Shown: in pieces, positions 9,619 to 20,040 of the stretch | How the letters are laid out: every line of letters starts with the position of its first letter | Position numbering within the stretch: the first letter of the stretch is position 1 | Source: a virus | DNA length: 64,000 bases | Reading direction: 5' to 3' (one strand) | Virus record (IMG/VR): IMGVR_UViG_3300032294_002363 | Coordinates: 55,720 to 119,719 of that record | Translations under genes and position numbers: made by a program | Notes under the pieces: model-generated | Told to the model about the DNA's origin: nothing | The model's database searches: none | The model's input: the letters and a program-made list of their open reading frames with translations, nothing else

Positions 9619-12228
9619 TTATGACTTATTATTATCTTTGTCAACTATTTTCTTTAAATCATTTAACTTCATGTATATCTCTTGATCTTGAATCGCAACA
9701 AGATCTCCAAATATACAATCATCCTTTTTTAAGCCTTTAACTATAACAATATTTCCTTCTTCAAAATTTCTATTATTTAATAGTTTATTATTTTCTATAT
9801 TATCATTGAATATTAATGTATTAATATATCCTGTCTCATCAGAGATCTTTAATCTTACATATCTAGTTTTCTTCTCGTTCTTAGAAACTCCAGAAAATAT
9901 CTCATCAATTTGACCTACAAATGCGACCTTTGTATTAATTGGTATATCTAATATATCAGAGATTAGATTTAGATTCTCTCTTTTCTCAGAGAAAATTTCT
10001 TTTAAAGATTTATCATAAGTATAACCAAGTAATTTCTTTTCATAATACCAATTTGCAAAACTTTCACTTTTGCTATTTTGATTATATATTTTTAGATATG
10101 GATCATATTTATTCTTAATAGTTTTTAATCTATTGTCTTTAATAACTACATGATTTTTTTCATCTGTAAATTTATTGAGATGTTTAATTATTTTAATTAA
10201 ATCATAATCAAATTTATCTGCAAACGAAATTGCATACTTTTTCTCTTTAGATGTTAATATATTCCATAATTGAGCTTCTAATACAATCTTTGATCTTGAT
10301 TGATTAAATCCACTCAATGCACCAGCTTGAATTAGTGCTGAAAGAACTCCGATGTTTAAATCTGCTTCTTCTGCTGCTTGAAATATTTCAAATTTATTAG
10401 AATATTTATTCCTAAAGCTATTTAGTTTTTCTATTGATTTATCTGAAATTCCTTTAATAGATAAAAGACCAAATCTTATATTTTTATCTTCTGTAGAAAA
10501 ATCCATATCTGACTTAATAATATGAGGTGGTAATAGTTCAATTTTGAATTCATGCATTTCTTTTTGGATCTTAGAAATTTCACCAATTGGGTCTGGTTCA
10601 TTTCTGCTCATCTTCAATAAAGATAAGAAGAACTGCTGTGGATAATTAAATTTAAGATAAATAGTAACTGCAGCTAAAGCAGCATACGCAAGAGAATGAG
10701 ATTTGTTAAAAGAGTAATTGGCAGAATCTTCCATGATTTTCCATAGGATTTCACTAACTTCTTTTGGCAGTTTGTTTTCTTTTACCTTGGTCTCAATTTT
10801 ATTTTGCCATGCTTTAATTTCATCAATCTTCTTCTTACCAACAATTCTTCTTAGAATTTCTGCTTCATCAAGTGAGAAACCAATCTTATTAGCCATTTGC
10901 ATCAACTGTTCTTGATAAAGAGCAACTCCACCAGTTTGTTTTAAGATATCATCAAAGAATGGATGTATGCTCTCGTATTCGCCAGTATTAGTATATCTTG
11001 CATATTTATCAACGAATTGCAAGGCTCCAGGTCTTGCTAACGCAAGTACTCCACTTAATTCTTCAAGATTTTTAGGTTTTACTTTTTGACAAACTTTGAA
11101 ATTTGTATCTGCTTCAATTTGAAACAGCCCATGTGGTGATTTTAGATCTTGAAGATTAAAATAGATAGAATTATGATTTAAATCAATATCTTGAACTTTA
11201 ATCCCGATACTTTTACAAACATCATCTACAACGGATACGCTTCTTAAGCCCAAAATATCTAATTTGATATTAAATAAACTTACCCAATTCATATCGAAGC
11301 TTGAAACTGCCTCTTTATCTGAAGAAAATTCAGTAGGACAGACTTTTTCTAAATCATTATAAGATAATAAAACACCAGATGGATGAACTCCTTTATTCTT
11401 GATTAGATCTCTTAACTTTAAAGCAATCTGGTATACTTCTTTATTTTCGTCACACCATTCTTTAAATTTTTCAATTTCTTTATATGCTGTTGTGATATCC
11501 TTTACTTGGCCGAATATCTTGGGGATAAGAGAAGATATCATCGTCATTTCTTCTTCCGTTTTCTCTCCTACAATTTTACCGCACTCTTTGATAAGAAGTT
11601 TACCGCTAAGAGTATTTAGTGTTAAGATTTTGCTTGTTTTACCTTTAAATTTTGTCTCTAGATACTCTAATACTTTATGACGATTATAGTAACAAATATC
11701 AAGATCTACGTCACACATCAAACTACCATCTAGATAGGTTATTCCGTCAATAACCTGCTTTTTAGCACGAATCTTAGATATAAATCTTTCAAAATAAAGG
11801 TTATATTTAACTGGATCAATTCTTGTTACCCCAATAAGGTAAAGAATCAAAGACCCTGCCGCAGAGCCTCTACCTAAACCAACAGGGATACTATTAGTTT
11901 TACAAAAATTAATGACATCCCAAACAAGTAATATATAATCAATAAATCCTAGTTCTTTTAATGTTTCTAATTCATATTTTGCGCGATCTACATACTTTTT
12001 ATATTCTGGTAAGTTTTTATCTATTTTTAAATCTTTAAATCCGTTTAAAGCTAGTGCTCTAAGAAAATCATAATTTGAAACATCTTCGCTGAGATTTAGA
12101 TGTCTTTTTGCCGAGGAGTCTATATTAAATTCTGGAAGTCTTACCCCATGTAAGCCAAGATCTACATCTTCAAATTTTGAAGAAAAATCTTTATTTGTTA
12201 AATAATTATTCAAATTTTCCTTCATCAT
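9619..12228 (-). CDS. dnaE: DNA polymerase III alpha (family C) catalytic core lacking the PHP domain
   Basis: GLGRGSAAGSL, CDVDLD, GVHPSGV, KLDILGL, YSFNKSHSLAYA, C-terminal OB fold. Confidence 0.95.
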   Translation of the reverse strand: MMKENLNNYLTNKDFSSKFEDVDLGLHGVRLPEFNIDSSAKRHLNLSEDVSNYDFLRALALNGFKDLKIDKNLPEYKKYVDRAKYELETLKELGFIDYILLVWDVINFCKTNSIPVGLGRGSAAGSLILYLIGVTRIDPVKYNLYFERFISKIRAKKQVIDGITYLDGSLMCDVDLDICYYNRHKVLEYLETKFKGKTSKILTLNTLSGKLLIKECGKIVGEKTEEEMTMISSLIPKIFGQVKDITTAYKEIEKFKEWCDENKEVYQIALKLRDLIKNKGVHPSGVLLSYNDLEKVCPTEFSSDKEAVSSFDMNWVSLFNIKLDILGLRSVSVVDDVCKSIGIKVQDIDLNHNSIYFNLQDLKSPHGLFQIEADTNFKVCQKVKPKNLEELSGVLALARPGALQFVDKYARYTNTGEYESIHPFFDDILKQTGGVALYQEQLMQMANKIGFSLDEAEILRRIVGKKKIDEIKAWQNKIETKVKENKLPKEVSEILWKIMEDSANYSFNKSHSLAYAALAAVTIYLKFNYPQQFFLSLLKMSRNEPDPIGEISKIQKEMHEFKIELLPPHIIKSDMDFSTEDKNIRFGLLSIKGISDKSIEKLNSFRNKYSNKFEIFQAAEEADLNIGVLSALIQAGALSGFNQSRSKIVLEAQLWNILTSKEKKYAISFADKFDYDLIKIIKHLNKFTDEKNHVVIKDNRLKTIKNKYDPYLKIYNQNSKSESFANWYYEKKLLGYTYDKSLKEIFSEKRENLNLISDILDIPINTKVAFVGQIDEIFSGVSKNEKKTRYVRLKISDETGYINTLIFNDNIENNKLLNNRNFEEGNIVIVKGLKKDDCIFGDLVAIQDQEIYMKLNDLKKIVDKDNNKS

Positions 12229-12421
12229 CTAATTTATCCACTTCTTTAGTAAATTCATTTAGTCCTTTAGTTAATATTCTCATTGAATTTTTATCTTTAA
12301 GAGAATAAAATACATCTGCTTTTCCATGCTTTTTACCTTTTTGAACAGTTATCAATAGATATTCAATATCAGAATCTTCTAATTTTTGAATCATATCGTA
12401 AATATCATCTAATGATGCCAT
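12206..12421 (-). CDS. Hypothetical protein (71 aa)
   Basis: Tightly packed between the exonuclease and dnaE core genes. Confidence 0.6.
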   Translation of the reverse strand: MASLDDIYDMIQKLEDSDIEYLLITVQKGKKHGKADVFYSLKDKNSMRILTKGLNEFTKEVDKLDDEGKFE

Positions 12422-12422
12422 A

Positions 12423-13061
12423 TTATACCTCTATTTGCCATTTCAATTTATTCCATACTTTTAGGTTTAAGTCAAGATCGTTTATTGCGTCATGCAATTT
12501 TTCATAATCATGCTCAATGCCATTCTCTTTACCTAAAACAGAAAGCGAACTTCTAACATTCTTTCTTTTGGTATGATATATTTTATATTGATATTCAATT
12601 AGACTTTCTTTTGGATTATAAGGCATATTATATTTAATACCTCTAGCAATAGCGTTTGTGTCTATAAATTTATTAATTAAATGATGCCAATTACAATTCA
12701 TAGACTTGTAATATTCTTTGATCATATAAATATCAAAGCCAAGAGTATTATGTCCTATAATATAGTCTGCATGATCTAGCCAGTCTTTAATTGTTGGAAA
12801 TATTTCTTTTGGATCATAACCATCTTTTTGTACTTTTTTATGATCGTATCTAGTAATTCTTGCGGCATCTTGGCTAATCTTTAATTCTGTTTGCCATTTT
12901 AAATAAAAATTCTTCTCATCAATCTTTCTATCTCCTTGCACTTTAATCATAGCAATTTGCCAAGGTAAATTATGACAGAAATTTAAACAGAGATTAAAAG
13001 TTTCGCAGTCTATAAAAACTAACTTCTTATCTTTATTGTATCTTAATAAATGTTCGTCCAT
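12423..13061 (-). CDS. DEDDh 3'-5' exonuclease (DnaQ/epsilon-like)
   Basis: ExoI FIDCET, ExoII GHNTLGFD, ExoIII LHDAINDL. Confidence 0.85.
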   Translation of the reverse strand: MDEHLLRYNKDKKLVFIDCETFNLCLNFCHNLPWQIAMIKVQGDRKIDEKNFYLKWQTELKISQDAARITRYDHKKVQKDGYDPKEIFPTIKDWLDHADYIIGHNTLGFDIYMIKEYYKSMNCNWHHLINKFIDTNAIARGIKYNMPYNPKESLIEYQYKIYHTKRKNVRSSLSVLGKENGIEHDYEKLHDAINDLDLNLKVWNKLKWQIEV

Positions 13062-13807
13062 TATTTTGCACCTAAATAACTCTCAAAAGAAAACTCATTA
13101 CTAGACATATGTTCTAGATCTGGTTTATTCAAAATACTCCTATTATTAATACATCTAAAGGTAAGATATGTCTTGAAGTCATTTCTCTTATTATAATAAA
13201 TACTTTTAGCCTTGTAAAGCTCAAGATTATTTTCTTTTGCAAAATTTTTAATTTTATCTTTTACAATAGAATCAAAGGGTAGATCGTTATCTTCAATAAA
13301 AATTATAGGTTTAGTAAAATTAAATTGAGGGATGCAAATGCAATTTCTTAAAGTATTATTGAATATAAATGAATCATAGAATGGAATAGCTAAAATTAAA
13401 TCTTCTGTCCAATTTTTATTTAAGATTTCATAATCAAGCCTTGGTTCATAATAAAAACCACTTTTTGCAGCAATACTAAATAATTTGGTTAGAAGCTCGT
13501 GCCCTTTTTTATTTTTAAAGAATATAATAATTTTAGAATTTTTTTGTCTAGACTCTTCGGTTTTATCATTAATCGATTCTGTAATTGAGACTCTTAAGCC
13601 GTAGTTTAATTTAATATTATTTAATTTAGTATTGGTATATGCCTCAAGAAAAGATGACATATTATCTTCTACTAAAGTAATTTCATTTAATTTATTATTT
13701 TTAGCTATTTGTATAATAGAATCTGGATAATCGTCTGGTTCATCTTTATTCTCAAGAGTTAATATTGACCTTCCCAAGGAATAATGAGATTTAAATAGCG
13801 GTATCAT
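13061..13807 (-). CDS. Stand-alone PHP domain of DNA polymerase III alpha (metal ligands degenerate)
   Basis: KSHYSLGRSIL, IAKNNKLNEITLVED, KLNYGLRV, GFYYEPRLDYEIL resemble the DnaE N-terminal PHP domain. Confidence 0.75.
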   Translation of the reverse strand: MIPLFKSHYSLGRSILTLENKDEPDDYPDSIIQIAKNNKLNEITLVEDNMSSFLEAYTNTKLNNIKLNYGLRVSITESINDKTEESRQKNSKIIIFFKNKKGHELLTKLFSIAAKSGFYYEPRLDYEILNKNWTEDLILAIPFYDSFIFNNTLRNCICIPQFNFTKPIIFIEDNDLPFDSIVKDKIKNFAKENNLELYKAKSIYYNKRNDFKTYLTFRCINNRSILNKPDLEHMSSNEFSFESYLGAK

Positions 13808-13815
13808 TTTTATTT

Positions 13816-13844
13816 AGTATAAAGTAAGTTTTAATATAAATCAA
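13816..13844 (-). promoter_or_regulatory. Sigma70-like promoter TTGATT-N17-TATACT
   Basis: Consensus spacing upstream of the PHP/exo/dnaE genes. Confidence 0.5.
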
Positions 13845-14809
13845 TCTAAAAATTCATCATTAGGTTTATCTAGAAATTCATCTTTGGGTTTAATTGTATT
13901 AAATTTTGGACATCCTTGATATTTTCTTTTCTCTACATTAAATCCTTTAATATCTTTAAATTTACCATCTAGGCTAGTCTCAATAATATCGCCTTTATCA
14001 TTTAATTTTACATAATATTCATACGAATCCCTGTATGGACATCTCCAATTCCCTATCCCACACATCCATTTGCTTTTATCATTATCTATTGCGAAATTAG
14101 CTTTAGCCGAAGTTTCGTCAAATTTATTAACATAATCATTTATATGTTCTAAATAATGCTCGAATCCCTTTATTTGATCTTCTGTGAATTGAAGTTCTTG
14201 TATGGGTTGTTTTGGAAATCTCAAGAACAAGAAACGTACAATAGGTTTAAGTTTAGGCCATAATTTTTTACTAGCTAAACTATACATCATAGCTTGTATA
14301 TTAGATTCTAGATCATCTCCTCTGAATTTAGCTTTGGAACTCTTGTAGTCAATTATAATCATTTTATTTTTTGATTTAATTGGTTTATCAATAAAACCCT
14401 TAATATGATATTTAGGTTCGTCGTTCTTAATTTCAAAAGCATACTCTGGAGAAACAATTTCGCCATCTTTCTCGCCAAAGAAGTCATGCTTTAAACCAAC
14501 CATAATCATTTGATCTAAAATCTCAAAGTTTGATTCATCTAATCCAACTTTTGCTTTTAATTTTTTAACTAGTCTTGCGATTCCTTTACTGCCGTTAATC
14601 GAGTTCTTTTTTATGATTTTAGTATAATGTGATTTATGTTTTGGATTTAGAAGAAGTTCGAAAATTGTATGACAAATTGTGCCTCTAAGAGCGCCATCGT
14701 TTTGAGTCTGAGGGACTTTAGTATGATAGTTATTCCAATAGACCCAAGAACAAGTTTCAAGGGTTTTAATTCTAGAGGCAGATAATACTTTTAGAGACTT
14801 GTTTTCCAT
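13841..14809 (-). CDS. PD-(D/E)XK nuclease, RecB/Cas4-like exonuclease
   Basis: LSASRIKTLETC, RGTICH, IKGFIDK, IIDYKSSK, Q motif and C-terminal Cys residues. Confidence 0.8.
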   Translation of the reverse strand: MENKSLKVLSASRIKTLETCSWVYWNNYHTKVPQTQNDGALRGTICHTIFELLLNPKHKSHYTKIIKKNSINGSKGIARLVKKLKAKVGLDESNFEILDQMIMVGLKHDFFGEKDGEIVSPEYAFEIKNDEPKYHIKGFIDKPIKSKNKMIIIDYKSSKAKFRGDDLESNIQAMMYSLASKKLWPKLKPIVRFLFLRFPKQPIQELQFTEDQIKGFEHYLEHINDYVNKFDETSAKANFAIDNDKSKWMCGIGNWRCPYRDSYEYYVKLNDKGDIIETSLDGKFKDIKGFNVEKRKYQGCPKFNTIKPKDEFLDKPNDEFLD

Positions 14810-15696
14810 TGTAGAATTTCTTCTTTACTCATTTCGCCAAAATCTTTTTTTGTTGGTAGTGATATTTTTAATTGTTTATCATCAAAATATCTTTTTAATC
14901 TAGCGTAAGTTTTTTCTGCTGCAATATTTCCTGCGTTATTTTTATTAGAATCATTATTCAAGCTGATGTAGATCTTTTTAATATCAATCTTCAAACAATA
15001 ATTTAAAATAGATAAGCTGAGATTTGTTCCAAAAGTAACCATAATGTTTTTAACTCCAGCCTGCCATAGGCTTAACATATCTCCTATACTCTCAACTAGA
15101 ATTACTTCTTTTTGATCTTGAATAAATTTTGAATTTAAAAATAATGGATAAAGAAAATCATTCTTCTCGCCCAAGTGTTTCCATTTAATTTTTGATAGAT
15201 TAGTTATATCTCTACCAGAAAAACCTATGATATTATTATTAATGTCAAATATTGGAAAAACATATCTGTTCTTCATCTTTCCAGCTTTGGCTACACCACC
15301 CTTAAATTCAATCAGAGTCTCATTATTGACTCCTCTATTATTCCAATACTTATGATCTATATCTAAATTATCAAGAATAGTTGGATCAAATTTTTTAGTA
15401 GATTTTAATAATGGTTTTGAGATCTCTGTTGGGCGGTGGAAAGAAAAATTTTTGTCTTTTAACCATTCTTTACCTTTTTCTGGATTTTCTAGTTTTAAAG
15501 TCATACTCACTAATGAACTAAAATCACCACTAATATTTTCTTTAAAATCAAACCAATGACCAGAATCTTTATATATTTTTAATACAGTATCATTATCACT
15601 ATCCCTATATAGAGGTTTAGTTCTATATTCTTTACCATAATCTTTTAATTTATATCCTAGATCAGTTAAGATCTGATATACATTTACTTCGTCCAT
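14791..15696 (-). CDS. dnaG: DNA primase (DnaG-like, TOPRIM)
   Basis: YWNNRGV, RYVFPIFD, IIGFSGR, KWKH, LVESIGDMLSL; near dnaB. Confidence 0.8.
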   Translation of the reverse strand: MDEVNVYQILTDLGYKLKDYGKEYRTKPLYRDSDNDTVLKIYKDSGHWFDFKENISGDFSSLVSMTLKLENPEKGKEWLKDKNFSFHRPTEISKPLLKSTKKFDPTILDNLDIDHKYWNNRGVNNETLIEFKGGVAKAGKMKNRYVFPIFDINNNIIGFSGRDITNLSKIKWKHLGEKNDFLYPLFLNSKFIQDQKEVILVESIGDMLSLWQAGVKNIMVTFGTNLSLSILNYCLKIDIKKIYISLNNDSNKNNAGNIAAEKTYARLKRYFDDKQLKISLPTKKDFGEMSKEEILQWKTSL

Positions 15697-16340
15697 TCTA
15701 GCGCCTCACTTATCGTAGGAAATTCTTTAACAAATATTTTCTTACATCTTTCCGCGATCTCTCTATGCTCTTTCTGAGTGTTTTGTTCGGTCCTTAATTC
15801 GATATAATGAATCCAACTTCTTAATGAACCTTTCATATACATAGTTGTTTGTGTTGTTAATGGCAATATCATTCTGGCGACTTCTTTTGCAACGCCATTT
15901 TCTATCATAGTTTCATAACAATGTTGAGATAAAGATAATGACTCTACTAACAATTCATTAACTTTATCATAAGCATCTGTATCTATTGGCATTAACTTTT
16001 CGCCAACCTGTCTGTTTTTATCTCCCTGCAAACGAAGTTCAATATCTTCAAACTCATTTGCAACACTATATCTTTGACTAAATTCTTGAAAGCTGAATGA
16101 TCTATGTCTAAGAATTTGAGCAGCAATACCACGACTAGTCTTAATCTCAACGCACATATCTACTAATTCAAATGGACTCCAATGTTTATGCTTTATCAAA
16201 AACTTTAACAGTTTTGGTGCAGTCTCTGTATTCATCTGATTGGATGGATTGCTAACTCTCGCGCAAAACGCGACAAGATCTTCAGCATTTTTAATTCCTT
16301 TAATTTCTGGTTTTGTTATTGATATTAATTCTACATTCAT
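15684..16340 (-). CDS. thyX: Flavin-dependent thymidylate synthase
   Basis: HWSPFE and the ThyX signature RHRSFSFQEFSQRY; EVARMILP, QKEHRE. Confidence 0.95.
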   Translation of the reverse strand: MNVELISITKPEIKGIKNAEDLVAFCARVSNPSNQMNTETAPKLLKFLIKHKHWSPFELVDMCVEIKTSRGIAAQILRHRSFSFQEFSQRYSVANEFEDIELRLQGDKNRQVGEKLMPIDTDAYDKVNELLVESLSLSQHCYETMIENGVAKEVARMILPLTTQTTMYMKGSLRSWIHYIELRTEQNTQKEHREIAERCKKIFVKEFPTISEALEWTK

Positions 16341-17821
16341 AATAGTTCTCCATCATTTTGATTTCTATCATCCAATTCGTATTGCTCCCTTTGTCTTTCA
16401 GCAACATCTCTTAAAGACCCTCTTTCTTCAATATTAAAGTTGGCTACCTGATAATTAAGATAATTTTGAGCCCAAATCTCTTTGCCAGAAGAGTCTAGCC
16501 TTCTAACTAAATCTTGATGTCCAGCGGCATCTTTACCTTGGAATCTTGTCTTTGTTGGTATTAGTTTATGTGTTCCAAATGCTTGACCATCGAGAGTAAC
16601 CTCATCTAAAGTCTTTCTTCTAAAAATCGCTACAAATGATGCGAACCATTGTAATCTATCAGAAAGAGATATTACAGAACTATCATCAACTACATTGTTT
16701 GAATTACGATTAAAATTCTCACCAGTTCTATTTAATTGCATCGCTGTAATAATTGGACAATGAATTTCTTCAGATATTCTTTTTAATTTATCAATCTTTT
16801 CGCCAATAGCTTGGTGTTCTGCCCAATTTTGGCCTACCTTTTCTCCAGTTAATTTTATATAATCATAAGCAATCATGGCTTGATTTCCGCGTCCAACTTT
16901 TGAAAGATACCATCTGCGAATAATTGAACAGACTTGATCAATATTTTTATTCCCTACATGATAATGAAAATATTCATAGTTTTTAATCTTTGCCCAAGCT
17001 GCTCTGACCTTCTTTGTCATCTCTTCATTTTTACGCCAATTACCAGTTTCAAGATACCAAACTGGCACATCAGTTAAAGATGCAACCATTCTTAATTGGA
17101 TATCTACTGTCTGCATTTCTGTATCAAGAATTAATGTTTTAGTTTTATTTTTAGGATTAATTGAAGTTTTAAAACATATATCGTTTAACCAAGTAGATTT
17201 ACCTTGTCCAGGTCTGCTTGCGATTGCATAGATATTTCCATTTTTTAATCCACCATACATTCTGTTAAATTCTGAATATGGGGTAATTAATCCAGTATCA
17301 TCTTTTGGGGCATTTCCAATCTCTTCAACAAGGTCTTCGACTTCGGCGAAAATATTTACTGGCATATCATTCTCGGAATATGCGGAGATTTTCTTATTAT
17401 AAATATGATCTATCTTTCCAATGATTTGATCTACTGAGTCTTCTGAATTTTTATTTACATATTCTTTTAGTTTATCCGCTGTTTGAGATATCTCTCTACG
17501 AATTCTTAATTTAATTAATTCCTTGCACGCATTCATTGTCGCTTCTTCTGTAATCTGAGAGAAACTTAAATTATCAATATAATCAAATATATTGATTTCA
17601 TCTTTAAATGATATTCCTAGATTCTTGATCTTTTCAGCCAATAAGACTTTATCTACATTTTCTCCCTTATGTTTAATATTTTTAAATACAGTATATATTG
17701 ATGCGTGAACATCATTATAGAAGTCATTTTCTGTTAAGAATACATCAATATCAGCAAATAGATCTTGATGCTTTAGTAGCCCGCTTAGTACGTGTCTTTC
17801 TACTTGTAGAGAATATATCAT
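16337..17821 (-). CDS. dnaB: Replicative DNA helicase
   Basis: Walker A SRPGQGKS, LDTEM, YDYIKL, AMQLNR, KTR. Confidence 0.92.
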   Translation of the reverse strand: MIYSLQVERHVLSGLLKHQDLFADIDVFLTENDFYNDVHASIYTVFKNIKHKGENVDKVLLAEKIKNLGISFKDEINIFDYIDNLSFSQITEEATMNACKELIKLRIRREISQTADKLKEYVNKNSEDSVDQIIGKIDHIYNKKISAYSENDMPVNIFAEVEDLVEEIGNAPKDDTGLITPYSEFNRMYGGLKNGNIYAIASRPGQGKSTWLNDICFKTSINPKNKTKTLILDTEMQTVDIQLRMVASLTDVPVWYLETGNWRKNEEMTKKVRAAWAKIKNYEYFHYHVGNKNIDQVCSIIRRWYLSKVGRGNQAMIAYDYIKLTGEKVGQNWAEHQAIGEKIDKLKRISEEIHCPIITAMQLNRTGENFNRNSNNVVDDSSVISLSDRLQWFASFVAIFRRKTLDEVTLDGQAFGTHKLIPTKTRFQGKDAAGHQDLVRRLDSSGKEIWAQNYLNYQVANFNIEERGSLRDVAERQREQYELDDRNQNDGELL

Positions 17822-17831
17822 TCAGTATTAG

Positions 17832-17860
17832 ATGATACCAGAGTAAAAATTAAAAGTCAA
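17832..17860 (-). promoter_or_regulatory. Sigma70-like promoter TTGACT-N17-TATCAT
   Basis: Consensus spacing 10 nt upstream of the dnaB ATG. Confidence 0.65.
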
Positions 17861-17874
17861 GTGTTTTAATTTTA

Positions 17875-18141
17875 TTATTCTGGTTCGTCTAGATCGTCTT
17901 CTTGGTTTTTTCTTGCTATTAAATCTGTGGTAGCTTCTAGATTGAGTTGATCTATGCTTTGACTCCAAGTATTTACATAATATAAAAGTGCCATAGCATT
18001 TATTTGATTATCAAATTTTGTAAAAACTTGTGGTTCTCCATTAGCTGAGAAATTAAATAATATATAACCACCGAAGCTACATTCATCAATCTGCTTTAAT
18101 AGAGAGTCTGGTACTTTAAATTTTTTTCTATTTGTCACCAT
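17875..18141 (-). CDS. Hypothetical protein
   Basis: 88-aa ORF; GTGTAA motif 6 nt upstream. Confidence 0.65.
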   Translation of the reverse strand: MVTNRKKFKVPDSLLKQIDECSFGGYILFNFSANGEPQVFTKFDNQINAMALLYYVNTWSQSIDQLNLEATTDLIARKNQEDDLDEPE

Positions 18142-18153
18142 AAACTTTTACAC

Positions 18154-18573
18154 TTAAATAATTAAAATTCCAAATTTTTCTTCTATATATTGTGGTGATA
18201 AAATTTTTAAATCACTTTCATACAATTCTAAGAATTTAAATTCATTCATGTCTAGCCATTTTTCTTTTTTTACATCTCTTTTTATGCTTTGCAAGTATTT
18301 AAGCCTAGAATTATCATGAAAAAATTGATTAAACGACTCATGCTGATTACCCTGCACTTCAATCGCTATTTTTTTTGTTGCATTTAATATATCAACTTTA
18401 AGCATCGTACCATAGACAGGAAATTCCTCGTAAACGATATGATTCTTCCAATAAGGATAGAAAAATTGTTTAAATTTAAATTGTAGCTTACTACGACTTT
18501 TACCTTCCCAATCTATTAAGTTTTTCCTAACGTTCTTATTAACGAGTTTGCCGTTAATATTTAGTAATCTCAT
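18154..18573 (-). CDS. Vsr/DUF559-like PD-(D/E)XK endonuclease
   Basis: EEFPV, VDIL, IAIEVQGNQH, RDVKK pattern. Confidence 0.7.
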   Translation of the reverse strand: MRLLNINGKLVNKNVRKNLIDWEGKSRSKLQFKFKQFFYPYWKNHIVYEEFPVYGTMLKVDILNATKKIAIEVQGNQHESFNQFFHDNSRLKYLQSIKRDVKKEKWLDMNEFKFLELYESDLKILSPQYIEEKFGILII

Positions 18574-19712
18574 GACGCTAGAGTTTTAATAAATTTATCG
18601 TAAAAATATTCAGTAATTTGCTTGTTTTCTTCTAGATATAGTCTTAGGTTATCAATTCCTTGATGTTGCTTTTTAAGCTCAATATTGGATTTTTTAAGTT
18701 CCTCTATGATCTCATCAGAGAAAGTAACCCATGCGCCTTTAGCGGTAGCAAATTCCCAAGATAGTATTTGATCGATTACTTCATATTCTTTCCAGACAGA
18801 AGATCCTTCTTTTCTTCCGTATTTAATTGGATATTGGACTTTAGAATTAGTTGATTCATTTGTAGATTTCTTAATAGCAATTTTTACATTATGTCCAATA
18901 ATTTTATTTTTAACTGGATCATATTTTTCATTTGGTTTTTCAAGAATAAGATCTTTATTGTAGCGAGGCTCAAATTCTAGAATCCAATTTGCAAAGTGCA
19001 ATAGAGCATTACCACCTGTGGCGGTAGTTTGCCTTACTTCTTTGTTTGCTGCATAAGGATCAAGTTTAATATCTGAACGAACTTGACTGATAAAAATTGC
19101 CATATGACCACGTTTAGATAGCGCAAGAGATATCTTCTTCATAAGCATAGAAGAGATAACTGCACCACCCGCGACTTTAGTAGCTTCACTTAAAGTCTTT
19201 TCTTTGTCACCTTTTGTGATAAGTCCATCAACTGAATCTAGAATAAAGATATATCTTTTATCTTCATCATTTGATTGAATTAAGTCTTTCATCAATTCGG
19301 ATACTGTCTCGAATATATTGCATTCAAAAACAAAGCATGTACCATCAACCCATTCTTTAGGGTCAGTTACAAATTTAATACCTGATCTATCTTTAATTTC
19401 CTTACTCAGGCGACCTTCCGCTTTAAAAAGTAAAGCCCTTGAGGAGTCTACTGTCTTAAGAAAGTTCTTGGCTACCTCTAATGCTTCTGAGGTCTTACCT
19501 CCTTCATTCATCCCAATAAATCTGTGTAAGCCTGGACATAGACCACCGCTAGTAGCGATATCTAGATTAAGACTACCAGTAGATACTTTATAATAAATTT
19601 CATCTTCAAAATTATAATGATCTTCTTTATTATCTTTTAAAAATGATAATAATCTATCTGATGCAGATGGACCAGTAGATTGAACGACTTCTTCTTTAGA
19701 TTTTCTTCCCAT
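18570..19712 (-). CDS. recA: RecA/UvsX-like recombinase
   Basis: STGSLNLDIA, Walker A GMNEGGKT, ILDSV, FISQVR, TGGNALLHFA. Confidence 0.9.
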   Translation of the reverse strand: MGRKSKEEVVQSTGPSASDRLLSFLKDNKEDHYNFEDEIYYKVSTGSLNLDIATSGGLCPGLHRFIGMNEGGKTSEALEVAKNFLKTVDSSRALLFKAEGRLSKEIKDRSGIKFVTDPKEWVDGTCFVFECNIFETVSELMKDLIQSNDEDKRYIFILDSVDGLITKGDKEKTLSEATKVAGGAVISSMLMKKISLALSKRGHMAIFISQVRSDIKLDPYAANKEVRQTTATGGNALLHFANWILEFEPRYNKDLILEKPNEKYDPVKNKIIGHNVKIAIKKSTNESTNSKVQYPIKYGRKEGSSVWKEYEVIDQILSWEFATAKGAWVTFSDEIIEELKKSNIELKKQHQGIDNLRLYLEENKQITEYFYDKFIKTLAS

Positions 19713-20040
19713 ATCTTATAAATTCTAACACAGTTTTAGGTTTTTTGCAAATCTTTTTATCTTCTTCAATTTTATTTATATTTAATACTACCTGTTTTGT
19801 ACTTAAATTTAAGTTAAAACTTTCATATTCTTTTAATAAAAAAGCTTTTCCTTCTGCTTTTAGGAACCAAGCTAAAGATGGCGGTAAAGAACCTAGGTTT
19901 TTTAAATTATCCCAAAATTCAAAAGAATTAAATTTTTTTACTAATTTTTGAGCAATTTTTATTTCTCTTGCCCAATTAATTTTACCACTAACATATTTTT
20001 TTACTATCAACTGACAAAGTTTATGATTTATATTTTTCAA
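19696..20040 (-). CDS. Hypothetical protein
   Basis: 114-aa ORF overlapping both neighbours. Confidence 0.6.
   Translation of the reverse strand: MKNINHKLCQLIVKKYVSGKINWAREIKIAQKLVKKFNSFEFWDNLKNLGSLPPSLAWFLKAEGKAFLLKEYESFNLNLSTKQVVLNINKIEEDKKICKKPKTVLEFIRYGKKI

Noticed and set aside
13841-14809. CRISPR-Cas system (Cas4)
   Set aside because: No cas1/cas2 and no repeat-spacer array in the window; stand-alone RecB/Cas4-like nucleases are common in phage replication blocks.
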